Part shown: positions 12,339-31,231 of the stretch, one piece after another
Numbering within the stretch: the stretch's first letter is position 1
How the letters are laid out: every line of letters begins with the position of its first letter
The notes under the pieces: model-generated
Told to the model about the DNA's origin: nothing
Databases searched by the model: none
What the model saw: only the letters and a program-made list of their open reading frames with translations
Program-made: the position numbers and the translations under genes
Assembly (NCBI GenBank): GCA_963693365.1
Contig: CAVNZM010000001.1
Location: forward strand, 12,178,161 to 12,242,160
Direction: 5' to 3'
DNA from: Amoebidium appalachense
Taxonomy: Eukaryota > Protista > Ichthyosporea
DNA: 64,000 nt

Positions 12339-15300
12339 TTTATCCTTCTTCTTCTGGAATGCTCGGACACTGGGCCCCCAAAAGGGCCTCCCCCCCGGGA
12401 CACTCGACGATAAAATCAGCTACATACAACAACAGACAAACAACCACACGTTTACAGTGATTTGCGAAACACAGTTTAAAAACCACCACAAATTCAACTC
12501 TACATTGGTCGACACATCCACACACCCCGGTTACGCGAAAAACCGAGGCATTATTGTACTTGCCGCACCACACGTGAGAGTGAAGTGCAAACCGGTAGCA
12601 AAAACGGAATTCTCGGTTTCTATAGAGTTTCTTTCTAATGTTTTTACTTTTGTATATTACCCACCATCTATGTCGGTTGTCGAATTGACTCACGAGTTGT
12701 CACAGTTACCAATGTCCACTGTTATTTTAGGTGATTTTAACACGCGACTCCACCACACAGACACACTGCAAGTGAGTGTCGGGTACCCATCTAAGCCCCC
12801 GGAGCGTGCTATCCCTTTAGCAAGGTATGTCCAAAGTCACACTTTGCGGTTCCCTCAAATATCCCATGCCCACAACACCGACTGGGGAGTGGCCTTTTGG
12901 CCATCAACCATGTCAAAACTCTCTCTCCCTCCTAACCTCTCTAGGTCATCTGACCACTCTCCTATCCTTTTCCTACCTAAGATCTCCCTTGATCTGCTCC
13001 CCCCTCCCCCTCCCACCTTTCGCCTCCGTCTATCCCAGCTTAAGTCACAGTGGGGTAGAGTTGATGTATGTGTATGCTATGCTACGAAACACCCTATATA
13101 TATGCGCCTATTAGAATCTGCACAAGCCAGGCCAGATTCACATCTCGTACTAGATACATGCACTAACTTTATTGTTGATGATTTGATAGATCTCGGTGAT
13201 TATGCTGGCGGTGGTAGGAAGGAATATCCCGATGCTCTCTTGTTACCAAACACCACTCCCGCTAGACTAGGTGAACCCCTGTCTCAAAAGGAAAGCTTGC
13301 GCCGGCTTGCTAGTATGAATCGATTTGGCCCCCCTGCTCGTATTATTGGTGATGCCACTGGAGACCCCCTCATAGACTCTGATAAGTATTTCTCGGAACT
13401 GTTTAAAGATAGGACCCCCGCTCAGAAACCTATTGTGTGGCCTGTAGACCCATCTATCCCCATAGAATCGATCCTCCCCTTTTTCAGTCCCGATGCCATA
13501 TGGTCTGTGATATCTAGTTATAGCTCTAGTAAGTCTTGTGGACCTGATGGACTCCCTGCTGGGTTTCTTAAAATCCTTGTTCCCTCCTACCCACAAAAGG
13601 AAAGTGATCGTGCTATTAAACCTGATCTTACTATCATGTTAAGCTCTCTCTTTTCTTGGTGTGTTAAATGTGGACATGTCCCGTCATCTTGGTTAGATAC
13701 CTTAGTGATCCCCATAGTTAAGAAGGACTCTGAGGGCCCCATATCATCCTTTCGCCCCATTACACTAACCCAGGTTGTTCGTAGATTCTTTGAAGCTTGC
13801 TTACTTAGGTTATTTGCACATCACCCTAGGTTTCAATCTATTCTTCACATACACCCATGCCAATCCGCTTTTCGTAAAAACAATTCATGTTATGTTCAAA
13901 TAATGGCACTGCACGATTCTATGCAAGTTGGTGCACAATATGTTGGCTTTATTGATTGGAAAACTGCTTACGATTCTGTCTCCCCTGGTCTCCTATGGGA
14001 AAAGCTTGCTGCACGGGGTGTACCACACTGCATTGGTGTTCTGTTAGAAGCACTCTTGTCTCAAACCTATGGTAGAGCTGTGGTTAATGGGCATCTTTCA
14101 TATGGTTTTGCTCGTACTAGAGGTCTCTTGCAGGGCTCATTGCTTAGCCCCTTTTTGTTTAACCTATTTATAGATGATTTGGCTGTCAAGATTTACGCCG
14201 AAAACGATGACCCTATTAATAACTTTCCGCCTGCACTTCTCTATGCTGATGATCTGTCCCTCCTTGCCCGTACCCCTAGACGCCTGCAAAGATTGTTCGA
14301 TGTAGTGTCAGAGTGGTGCAAGGCAAACCTTATGATCCTTAACATAGACAAATGTGGTGTTCTTGTACCTGATATAGCTAACAATTTACACACATTTACA
14401 TTATCATCTAAACCTGTACCTATAGTTCCAGAATACAAATATCTTGGTGTTCCGGTTGATTCTGTTGGTGTTATGTTTCCCCATATGGTCGAAAAGAGGG
14501 TAGAGTTGGCTCGTAAGCGGTTAGCTTTCTTCTCGGCTAATATTTTTAAAGACACACCCCTCCATCCTTCTATTAGACTTACATTTATTCGCACTTTTGT
14601 CTTCCCGGCATGTGAATATGGTTTACCCCTTCTCGCCGCTTGGATCAAGAAAGAGAGAACTAGAGCGCTTAAACCCTTGGCAAATTTCCTTGAAGCAGAA
14701 GTTGCCTCCTTTCTATCTAACAACTGTTGTAAACCTGGGCCTGTAACGCTCTCGATATATGGTCTGGTCCCAATAGCTGCTAGAGTATCCTATCTCGCGC
14801 TGAAATTCAATAAGCACATAAGCCGCTTAAAGAAGTATTTGCCCTCCCACCCTCTCTTCTCTATCCGACCTGTCCCCTCCTCACCTCTCCCCTCTTTCCT
14901 CCCCTCTCTCTCCCCTTCTCCCCTGGGCACAAATACAAATAAACCCCGCAATAGTGTGTGTGTGACTTTGGACTGCCACTTACTTATTAAACATGTACAC
15001 AATCACAAGATAATCACGCAATATAACAAATGGAAAAAGATACCAAACGACACTAGACCCGATGAAAGCATACACCTTGAAAAACTAAGCCTTATGTCTC
15101 GTTTTATATATACTGACCGCCTCAACCATATTGCCAAATATGGCACTCGCAAGTGTATAACACCTAAATACATATTACCTTCCTGTAGAACTGGTCTTTC
15201 TCTAGCTGATGGTATTATTGATCAATTACCACGCTTTTACTGTACACGTGCTATACAGTGGAGATCTAATAAGTATAAGGTGGCATCATTTGCATGCCCA

Positions 15301-15525
15301 AACAACACACACACACACCAGTTTAACCGGTCATGTATCGCCAAATGTAGTTTGATAGACCACATAATACCGCAACACACACACGTCACATTCACAACAG
15401 ACACCCAGAAAGATAGCCTACCTGTAAATTACAACATCCTTGATTTTATACTAAACACGCGTAACTACGACCTGTTTATTAGATGTATTGATTGGCTTGA
15501 GAAACACATCACTACAAAATTATAG
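12331..15525 (+). CDS. LINE ORF2: AP-like endonuclease plus reverse transcriptase
   Basis: EN motifs FWNAR, ICET, ILGDFN, SDH; RT motifs GPDG, FRPITL, QSAFR, DWKTAYDSV, GLLQGSLLSPFLFNLFIDDL, YADD, YKYLG; 1064 aa uninterrupted. Confidence 0.97.
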   Translation: MPNLSFFFWNARTLGPQKGLPPGTLDDKISYIQQQTNNHTFTVICETQFKNHHKFNSTLVDTSTHPGYAKNRGIIVLAAPHVRVKCKPVAKTEFSVSIEFLSNVFTFVYYPPSMSVVELTHELSQLPMSTVILGDFNTRLHHTDTLQVSVGYPSKPPERAIPLARYVQSHTLRFPQISHAHNTDWGVAFWPSTMSKLSLPPNLSRSSDHSPILFLPKISLDLLPPPPPTFRLRLSQLKSQWGRVDVCVCYATKHPIYMRLLESAQARPDSHLVLDTCTNFIVDDLIDLGDYAGGGRKEYPDALLLPNTTPARLGEPLSQKESLRRLASMNRFGPPARIIGDATGDPLIDSDKYFSELFKDRTPAQKPIVWPVDPSIPIESILPFFSPDAIWSVISSYSSSKSCGPDGLPAGFLKILVPSYPQKESDRAIKPDLTIMLSSLFSWCVKCGHVPSSWLDTLVIPIVKKDSEGPISSFRPITLTQVVRRFFEACLLRLFAHHPRFQSILHIHPCQSAFRKNNSCYVQIMALHDSMQVGAQYVGFIDWKTAYDSVSPGLLWEKLAARGVPHCIGVLLEALLSQTYGRAVVNGHLSYGFARTRGLLQGSLLSPFLFNLFIDDLAVKIYAENDDPINNFPPALLYADDLSLLARTPRRLQRLFDVVSEWCKANLMILNIDKCGVLVPDIANNLHTFTLSSKPVPIVPEYKYLGVPVDSVGVMFPHMVEKRVELARKRLAFFSANIFKDTPLHPSIRLTFIRTFVFPACEYGLPLLAAWIKKERTRALKPLANFLEAEVASFLSNNCCKPGPVTLSIYGLVPIAARVSYLALKFNKHISRLKKYLPSHPLFSIRPVPSSPLPSFLPSLSPSPLGTNTNKPRNSVCVTLDCHLLIKHVHNHKIITQYNKWKKIPNDTRPDESIHLEKLSLMSRFIYTDRLNHIAKYGTRKCITPKYILPSCRTGLSLADGIIDQLPRFYCTRAIQWRSNKYKVASFACPNNTHTHQFNRSCIAKCSLIDHIIPQHTHVTFTTDTQKDSLPVNYNILDFILNTRNYDLFIRCIDWLEKHITTKL

Positions 15526-15529
15526 CGCA

Positions 15530-15598
<69 letters not shown>

Positions 15599-15630
15599 CC
15601 AGCTGATACCGAGTGTCCCGAGGGGAGCCC

Positions 15631-15692
<62 letters not shown>

Positions 15693-15693
<1 letters not shown>

Positions 15694-15889
15694 GGGGAAC
15701 CCCAACTAATTGATTTCTCCTTGTAGTCTTTATGGTGTCTCGTAGAGAAAGTAAACCCTGATATATAGTCACCACCCGACATCTATGTACGTGATCATGA
15801 TATACCGCTGAGGGGATATTCCGAGCAAAAACCCCCCCCCCATACCTGAGACTGGTTCTCTTTGCCTCGAGTAAACAGCGTAAACCCCA
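15693..15889 (+). repeat. About 200-bp segment following the LINE poly(A), repeated at 62106-62305
   Basis: Near-identical sequence (cggggaaccccaactaattg...gtaaacagcgtaaacccca) follows both poly(A) tracts and then diverges. Confidence 0.92.
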
Positions 15890-17745
15890 GAGCCATATAT
15901 GGCTATCAAGCCTCAAATAAATTCTTAGCGCGTTTCCATTCGATACATGTCAGCTAGATGGCTCATTATATAAGTATTCTGCAACATAATTGGCGAAAAG
16001 TGAAACAGATGATGATGATGGATTACGTATTCTCAGCCGCCGGGCCGAAGAAAAAACTTTCAAATATCTCCAACTTTGTGTCTAAAATAAGACTTTTTTT
16101 GCAGCCCGCTTGTTGCAAACGACGTATTTATTATTTTACACCTAAATACTCAATGAATGGCCTATGAAGAAAATGAATAAATCAGATTTTTTTTTGACAT
16201 TTACCGATCCAGTGATCCTGATCTACAGTATGCATATGGATGTAGGCTCAGATGAATAGATCTGATGATCGAGTGTTTCGATGGTCCAGATATGTTGCCA
16301 GCTTATGTGGCCTTGTGCTGTTTAATCTTTTCCTACAGCTGATACTGAACACAACTTTCCTTGCGCAGCACCATGGCCGGGCCCAAGTTATGCAAACTCT
16401 TAGCATTATGCCCGATGCATTTGAGACACCTTCTTCTGAAATATTGTTGTGATTCACCACGTGTGTGCAGACCAAACACCAAGGCTAACTCTTGTCCATG
16501 TGAGTTTATGTTGAATATACATACCTTCGCACACAGTATTTTTAGGGACTTTTGGAAGTTCTGGGGTCACTGCCATGTCGGCGCCAGAACTACAGGGTTT
16601 ACTAAAAGCAATTTTTTTCACCCTGTGCGATCCACCTATCCCTCCCACACGTGTTCACCTATGAGCCTGCAACCTGGCACCCACCTCGCGTGACCCATTG
16701 TTGCCTACGTGGTACACGATGACTCCCCGGTGCCACATGATGGATGAACAAAACGAAGGTACGCGTACGCACCCACATGCACACACTGTGATGCATCACC
16801 CTCAACCCCTGTTTGAATCGTCTATATATGAACATATCTTTTAAAATTTGTTGCCCTTTGTAAACACCAACAATACCCCTCTCGTGGTTTCAACACTATC
16901 GATGTGCAAAAGGCTTATCCCACACCACCCCTCGATATCTTTGCTGATGGCGTTTATCACCGTCGAAGACATAATTGCATCACACAGTACTATGGGGCGC
17001 CGTTTGCTGCAAAATTCCTTCGGTGTAGTTTTTGAGCAAAGGCTTGTGAAATCGTTTGGTGATTTAACCAAAATGGGAGTTCTCATACAAATCGTGATCT
17101 TTGAGGAGTCGCAGCCGTTGCACGGCACGGTGAACCAAATTTAGGCGGTCGAGCCGCTGGCAACATGATGCTTGTTTATAGTTTAGTTTATACACGCGCC
17201 AATCATATGCTGAAAGCAATCGATCCAATCATATAACATTAATGTCATGTACGGAAATAGATCTGCCTGCTGTGTGCCAATCAAAACTAGTGAAGCGTTT
17301 TAAAGTTCACAAATGGCAGAGGGACAACCATTCGTGTCTGGGAATATTTAGCATATTGTCTCGGAGATATCATACACTTTACACGATCAATTAAATTCAT
17401 GATATTCATATAAAACTGATCTCGGCGGAGCCTCGATCTGTGGCCCAATCTCCATACGAGGCAGTGGGGAAGCGTAGCGCGCGCGCGCGCGCGCGCGTGT
17501 GTGTGCGTGTGTGGGGGAGGTGAAGGAGAGGCGGGTTGGGGGAGGAGGTAGAAGAGGTATCGGGTAGGGAGAGGGAAGTTGCATGTGTGTGTGCGGGCGG
17601 GGGAGCTACCATATGAGAGGAGTTAGGCACTTATGCAGTGCGGGTGTGTTGATTTGTGTGTTTTGGGTGTTATGGGTGTGCCACGTGTGGGTTGGGGGGG
17701 GGGGGGGGGGGGAGGGGGGGGGAAGGGGAAGGGGAGAGGATGCAG

Positions 17746-17824
<79 letters not shown>

Positions 17825-17878
17825 ACACATGTGTGTGTGTGTTTGTGTGTGTGCGTGCGTGTGTGCGTGCAGTGCGTG

Positions 17879-17912
<34 letters not shown>

Positions 17913-18196
17913 GAGAGGTGTGTGTGTGTGTGTGTTTGTGTGTGTGTGTTTGTGTGTGTTTGCGTGCACATGATATGGTATGCGCGTGTGAGTGGTAGGG
18001 AGTGGCTGTTGATAAACACTCTCCTTACGGCAACAGAAAGACATTTTCTTTGCAGCCATTCCAGTCATTAAACAACAACCAATTACATTTCACTACCGGC
18101 ATACCAGTGATAAATAACCGTAAACAACCGTACGTAGGTATGATGTAGTAGGAAGGCTGTACCTGTTGCTGTCGCGGTGTTGTTGTCGACGGTGAT

Positions 18197-18607
18197 TTAG
18201 GGATCTATAAAATCACCATGCGTTAAAGTTGGAGTTGAAAGCAATCGTGTTCCTATTGCGTGGAAGTACACTGGAGTGCCTTGTATTCTTTCTTCACCAG
18301 AAACACAATGGAAATGAAAACGTACGTTGACTTTGTCGTTTTGGTGAATTGGTCCGTACCCTTCAACCTTTTGTATGGCTGGTACTACATGCAGTTTCCC
18401 GTAGACTCCGTGTGTGTCACTTTTGAAATATACCAACCATGTGCCGGCACCCCATCGATCTGTAGGATTGAAACAGTTGGGGAACTTAAGCGTTCCTGTT
18501 GCTAAACAGTAATGTTTCGGGTTTTTCAGTTGAATTGGAGAGAGAGAAGGTAAATACTCTCTGAAATCGGTACGTAGTGCTATCAATTCTCCACCGTCAG
18601 CTGCCAT
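18197..18607 (-). CDS. Hypothetical 136-aa protein, possibly Helitron-associated
   Basis: Non-repetitive ORF with a gccATGG start and beta-rich composition, divergent from the 19150 gene; no family recognised. Confidence 0.45.
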   Translation of the reverse strand: MAADGGELIALRTDFREYLPSLSPIQLKNPKHYCLATGTLKFPNCFNPTDRWGAGTWLVYFKSDTHGVYGKLHVVPAIQKVEGYGPIHQNDKVNVRFHFHCVSGEERIQGTPVYFHAIGTRLLSTPTLTHGDFIDP

Positions 18608-19149
18608 GCTGAAACCGGATAGACTTTGAACTGAATGCGATCGCTACGTTTTGTAGTTGGTGTATATATGCCAGAATAATAATTTATGACAGGTGCGGTT
18701 AAAGAGGGGACTGGGTTAACATTACGGGACCGTAGGAATGAATGTGAACTGAGGTTTGGGGGGGCCAGTCGTGCGCATGGAATTGCTTGATTAGGGTGTT
18801 CGGGAACCATTGAGTTTTTGGCAGGGAGTGTGTGTGTATGTTACTGGTCACGATGAGGTGTTGGTGTTGTCTTGGTTTTCTTTTCTGTTTTGGTTGTTGG
18901 GCTTTTCTCCCCTCTTTTCTGTCTTTTGTTCGTGTCCTTTTTTTGGGGAAGGTTGTGGACATAGGTAATTGCGGTTGCATGGCAGGTGTGTGATGTTCCA
19001 GAATGTGCGTTAATCGATGGGGTATAAAAGGGTGTGCGCAGTTTGTTATTGAAATCAGTTAGCAGTTACGCTTCCAATTCTTCTTCTTCTTTTTTTTTTT
19101 TTCCCCCTTCTTCTTTTTTATTTTTATTTTTTCCTGAGAGTTTTTGAAA

Positions 19150-19905
19150 ATGGTGAATGCCGTGGTGAGTATGGGTGGGAGGGTAGTGGGACACAACAAT
19201 ACTACTATTTCCCTGGAACAAATTGTGGCAGTACCTGGTACTGGTTTCCGAGCGCAGGTGCAAACTTTTAAGGCAGAGGAAATGGAACAATGTCAAGTGG
19301 ATACAAACGTTCTTGTGTTTTTTGAAGTGAAAAGATTTCTTCAAGCTGCTGGATATGTGGGAGAGATGGATGGCCGGATGATTGGGATTACAGGTTTCCT
19401 TCCCAGTGACTCAGAACTGCCGGAAGCTACAGTAAGTGTCTTTCCCTTTGCCCTTCCCTTCTTCCTGGGTTCCCTTAAGTTATTCCTTGCCCGCCGGGAC
19501 CTGCTTTGCCTTTTGCTGGTTCTTTGGTCTTTTGACTCAGTGTCATGGCTTTTGCTGTTTAAATTGATTTTCTCTTCCCCCTCCCCAACCCCCCTCCCCC
19601 TCCTCCCCCTCCCTCAGTCCCCTCAGTTGCCGGCTCCCCCCCTTCCCTCCCGGCCCCCACCTCTCGCGGCCCTTCCTGGGCCCTGTTGTTCTTGTTTTTT
19701 TCACATCCGTCATACGTCGGTGGGTTGCTGTTTCCCTTTCTGTTTGATACGTAATTTGTGGTAGGGAGGGTTTCCTAATTATTGGTTTTGGTAATGAGTT
19801 TACTTTTTGTTTACCTTTTGGCTGTTGTTTTCGAATTCCTTATCCCTCTCCTCTCCCGCGCCGTCCCCTGCCCTCGTCTCCCCGTCTCTCTCCCCCTCTT
19901 CCGTC

Positions 19906-19950
<45 letters not shown>

Positions 19951-20416
19951 CGCTGTTCTCGAAATCTGTAAGTTCTAATCTTTTTATGACAGGAGTATCG
20001 AGTGTCGATTTCTGCGACGGGGACAGTTGGCAGCTTGCGGAAAACGGGAGACACGGAAAAGTCGCATGATTTCAAGTTGAACGTGCCCTTTTCCGGTGGG
20101 GCGACGGTTTACACTGTCAAGTTTGATGATAGCGCAAGTTATCACAAACGCGATGCTGTGACACATTGAACCGTCTGAAAGTGGTCCATTGACGTTTGAA
20201 AATGGGAAACTTGTGTCGGTGCATGGACTACTTCAAAGTGATTCCAGTGGCCCTGTCATTCGCGCGGGCAGTATTACGCCAATTTATCCCCCCAAGGAAA
20301 CTTCTCGGCCACAGGCGTCAGCTGGAGGAGCTATGAAGCCAGCATATACCGGCACGCCAGCGTTTTTCAACCCGTATCTGAAAAGGAAGAAAGACTCGGA
20401 GAAACCTGAATGTTGA
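19150..20416 (+). pseudogene. Spliced gene with one frameshift, putative tandem OB-fold (ssDNA-binding) protein
   Basis: TATAAAA at 19023; exon 1 19150-19431 (ACA|GTAAGT); exon 2 from 19993 (GACAG|GAG) in phase; frameshift at ~20165. Strand-like patterns AVVSMGGRVV, VSISATGTVG and GKLVSVHGLL suggest OB folds (inference). Confidence 0.5.
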
Positions 20417-20624
20417 GATTTTTCAAGTATAGCATTGGTTCTGGATGTTATTATGTAAAGTCTCTGAATTGTAATACAGGGTTACGCAGTACGAAAAGAA
20501 GACGTGGGGTCAAGTTTAATGTATTTCATAGATCAAGTTGTTTTTGTAGGTAGACATGTGTGGTGGTGCAGGAAAAAAGATTTTTTTGTATGATGTAGTA
20601 TTGGGATAGAGTTATTGAGTTATA

Positions 20625-27486
<6,862 letters not shown>

Positions 27487-27759
27487 GTTCGTCTCTATAG
27501 CTACGTCAATAAACGAACGCGCACTGAGACCTAAATTTACTAGTCGTATCCATTATTTTCATGAAGAAAAATGAAAAAAAAATGAAGAAAAATCTCCCTG
27601 AAACCTCCTTCAGTGAATTGTTCGGCAAAATGACATGTGTCTGGCAGGAAGCGCGAAAATGACACGAAAAGACACACATGTACAGGATGTCCGAGGCTCC
27701 TTTCTTAATTAAGCTTTCTCTAGCTAGAGATCTTCTGAAGTTCCTTCCCTTCTCTCTCC

Positions 27760-28246
<487 letters not shown>

Positions 28247-31231
28247 ATATTTGGTTACTCATTTTATCCACCAATCGGAAGAAGATGGTGTGATGATCGG
28301 CATCACACAGCTCTTCCTGTAGAAGCGACTATAAAAAGTCGCGTTTTTCGTTTCTCTCAAACAGTCTTTTCCTCGCCGCTTCTCTTAGGAGAAGCGCGCG
28401 TTAGTGAGGCCGGTCTAATGACCAAGACCAAAGCTTTTGAGCGCAGTGAGCGCTATAGTCAGTCGTGTAGGTCCCTAGACTTTAGCTATAATAATAGGCC
28501 CAGGAACCGCAGATCATTGAGACCGGATGCGCTCATGAGTTTTGCAAAACCCAAGTGGGGTTGTGTTTTGGGGTTGTTTGTGTAGCTGTAAGCACCTAGG
28601 CACGTCTGGCAACGTTAGCCCGTGTGGGCTGCTCGCGTGAGCATGTACTACAGCAGCAACGTGTGCTGCTCTCTAGTCCTAGTGTGGGCCCCGGCAGCAG
28701 TGGTCTGTGCGGGGGCGGCCGGTTATGTGTGCTCCCAGTAAGCCAGTGGGCGGGGTAGCACCTGCACCGCTCTATCAACGGGTGCGTGCGTGCCACGACG
28801 AGTGGGCGCGCGGTGGAGCAGCCAAGGACGTGCTCTTCTGGATTAAGTATGGCATCACACCCGAATGGTGCGCTGGGCCGTGGCACCTCCCCACGACATG
28901 GGGAGGTACCTAAACTTGGGCGAAGTTTCGGAGGAGGAGACGTTGGTGGAAGTTGCGCGTTTAGTGGGTAAGGGCGCACTTGAACCCATCGACGAGTCCA
29001 GGAAGCATTGCGTGTCGACCACGTTTGGGGTGCGGAAACCAAACGGTAAAGTGCGGCTTATAATCGACATGCGCCCAGTGAATGAGTATGCCGTACAGCG
29101 GGGCCTCAAGTACGAGACGCTCAGTGACCTGCAGGTCATTGCTCAGCCAGGTGACCACGGCTTCAGTTTCGACCTGGAGGACGGCTACTTTGCGCTGGCA
29201 ATTGCGCCACGGTGGCGTAAATATTTTCAGATTCGGGTTGGCGGCCAGCTGTATCAGTACACTGTGCTGCCTTTCGGCTATTCCCTCTGAGTCAGCCCAT
29301 ACTACTTCACGCGGCTCATGAAGGAGTTTGGTCGGCGTCTTCACCGGCGCGGTGTGCGCACGTTAGCGTTCTTGGACGACTGGTTGGTCGTCGAACGGCC
29401 GCTAAAGGCGCTGCAAACTCGCGGTGTTGTTGAGGGGGGAGCTCGAGACAACGGGCCTGAGCCGAAATACGGAGAAGGGCCAGTGGGAGCCCACCGACCA
29501 CCTCGACCATCTAGGCATCCATGTCGACCTTGCCGCGGGTGTGTTGGCCCCTACCGCCACCTCTATGGAGAAGCTGGTGGAGGAGACCAAGCGGGTGATG
29601 GCCAAGGCTCGCAAGGGCAAGCGATGGGTGGAAAAGAAGCAAGTCGCCCGGTGGTTGGGGGTGGTCATGAGTCTGCGGGCTGCCACTCCTCACGTGCTGA
29701 CGTTGGTGCGGCCAGTGTATGCCGCCCTACGCGGGGGGGATTGGCGCAGTTTCGTTCGGCTTTCGGGGCGTCAGTTACGGATTATCGGTCGGACGCCCCA
29801 GTTCATTGGCCGGTTGCCTCGGGCGGAGATATGGCCCAACCCGGTCACGGTTACGCTCATCACGGATGCCGCCACCACACACGGCTGGGGGGCCGTGCTT
29901 CAACTTGGTGGCGGGATCCCCTGCCCCTGCGCTTGAGGCGGCGGGCAGGTGGGCAGCCGACGACGCTCCGCGGGCGGCGGCGATTGCGGAGTGTGAGGGC
30001 CTGTTGGAGGCCTATCAGAGCCCTGCCCTACAGGAAGCCCTCCGTGGGCAGCGGGTGCAGTGGCAAGCCGATGCCCAGGCGGCCCTTGGGGCCGTGCGGA
30101 AAAAGGGCAGCGGCAGCCCCTCGATGCAGCGCATTCTGTGGCGGCTTCTGCAGTTGTGCCTCGACCACGGGTTGCCTTGGCCACAGGAGGTGGCCTACAT
30201 CCCGGGTGAGCTCAACGACCGAGCAGATTGGCTGTCGCGGGTGGACCCCCGGCATGAATGGCAAGTCACGCCGGAGGCAGTCGAGCGGGTGGAGTGGCTG
30301 CTGGGCATGCAGCCCGAAGTCGATCGGTTTGCCACCCACACCTCGGCAGTGAAGGCCGAGTTTAATGTGTGGGCCCAGGCAGGGGCCCCCGGTGGGATGG
30401 CAGACGGGTTGGCGGTGCCGTGGACGGCACCAAGCTGGTGGGCGCCTCCGTTCCCGCTGATCAAGCGAACGGTGGCCAAGCTGCAGCGGGAAGGTGCCGC
30501 GGGCATCCTCGTCGTTCCAGTGTGGGATACGGCGTCGTGGTGCCACGCCCGTCATTCAGGGGTTGGCTTCGGCAAGTGTGCCTCTGCGCCCCTCTGAGGT
30601 GATTTTCCCGCGCGGGGTGCGGCCGTGGCGTATGCAAGCATTTCGTCTGGACGGCACCCCGGTTCCTGGGCAAGCTGAGGGGCCCCAGCCAGCCAGCGTA
30701 AGGCATAATAGTGTATGTCAGCCGGCTGTGCCTTAGTGGACGTAGATAGCAGTTTGGTGTCCAAAATGATATATTTGGTAAATACTCATTTTGTCCACCA
30801 ATCGGAAGAAGATGGTGTGATGATCGGCATCACACATCTCTTCCTGTAGAAGCGACTATAAAAAGTCGCGTTTTTCGTTTCTCTCAAACAGTCTTTTCCT
30901 CGCCGCTTCTCTTAGGACCCACCCACCCGCCCGCATTCTGTTTCCTCGCCATTTGCCTGCTGTTCTCAGCTTTATGGATCAGGGCTACAGTACTAGGTTG
31001 AGGGTAGTAGTGCTTGGTTGGGGGGGGGGGGGGGGGGGGGGTGATTTCTGTTTTCGGGCCCGAGGGCCTTATCTGTATTGATCTCGTGTGTATGGCCCCA
31101 GGGCCGGGAGTCAGTACATGTGATTTATTTGCGGCCCAGTGGGGGCCTGCGGGGACGGCAGCCGGGTGCTGCCTCTCATCATCAGACCGGCCATAAAGCA
31201 ATCGAAAAGCAGTTTGGTGTCTAAAATCGAT
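28247..31231 (+). mobile_element. DIRS-order (PAT/Ngaro-like architecture) retrotransposon, non-autonomous, with split direct repeats
   Basis: Repeat A at 28247-28390 and 30771-30917; short repeat B at 30748-30770 and 31208-31231; order A1-pol-B1-A2-spacer-B2. The uninterrupted target is seen at 31995-32000. No gag or tyrosine recombinase ORF recognised. Confidence 0.8.
28740..30710 (+). pseudogene. DIRS-type pol: RT + RNase H + Dam-like methyltransferase domain (stops and frameshifts)
   Basis: W..GAAKDVLFWIKYG, RLIIDMR, FDLEDGY, VLPFG, SPYYF, FLDD; RNase H TDAA..GWGA, AE, QAD, YIPGELNDRADWLSR; MT-like VDRFA..DGLAVPW..WWAPPF..GILVVPVW..SW. In-frame TGA at 29288 and several frameshifts. Confidence 0.9.

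Larger units (their letters stand above)
10861..15692 (+). mobile_element. Full-length APE-type non-LTR retrotransposon (LINE), apparently intact
   Basis: 5' UTR with tandem monomers, ORF1, overlapping ORF2 (EN+RT), short 3' UTR with (CA)n and a 58-nt poly(A) at 15635-15692. The 5' boundary is approximate because of the poly-C tract. Confidence 0.95.

Noticed and set aside
15601-15632. Hammerhead ribozyme in the LINE 3' UTR (ctgatacc-gag)
   Set aside because: Does not match the CUGANGA core and has no properly placed GAAA or stems.
16248-17144. Short ORFs on both strands at 16.2-17.1 kb
   Set aside because: No recognisable motif or consistent splice structure, so coding status cannot be supported.
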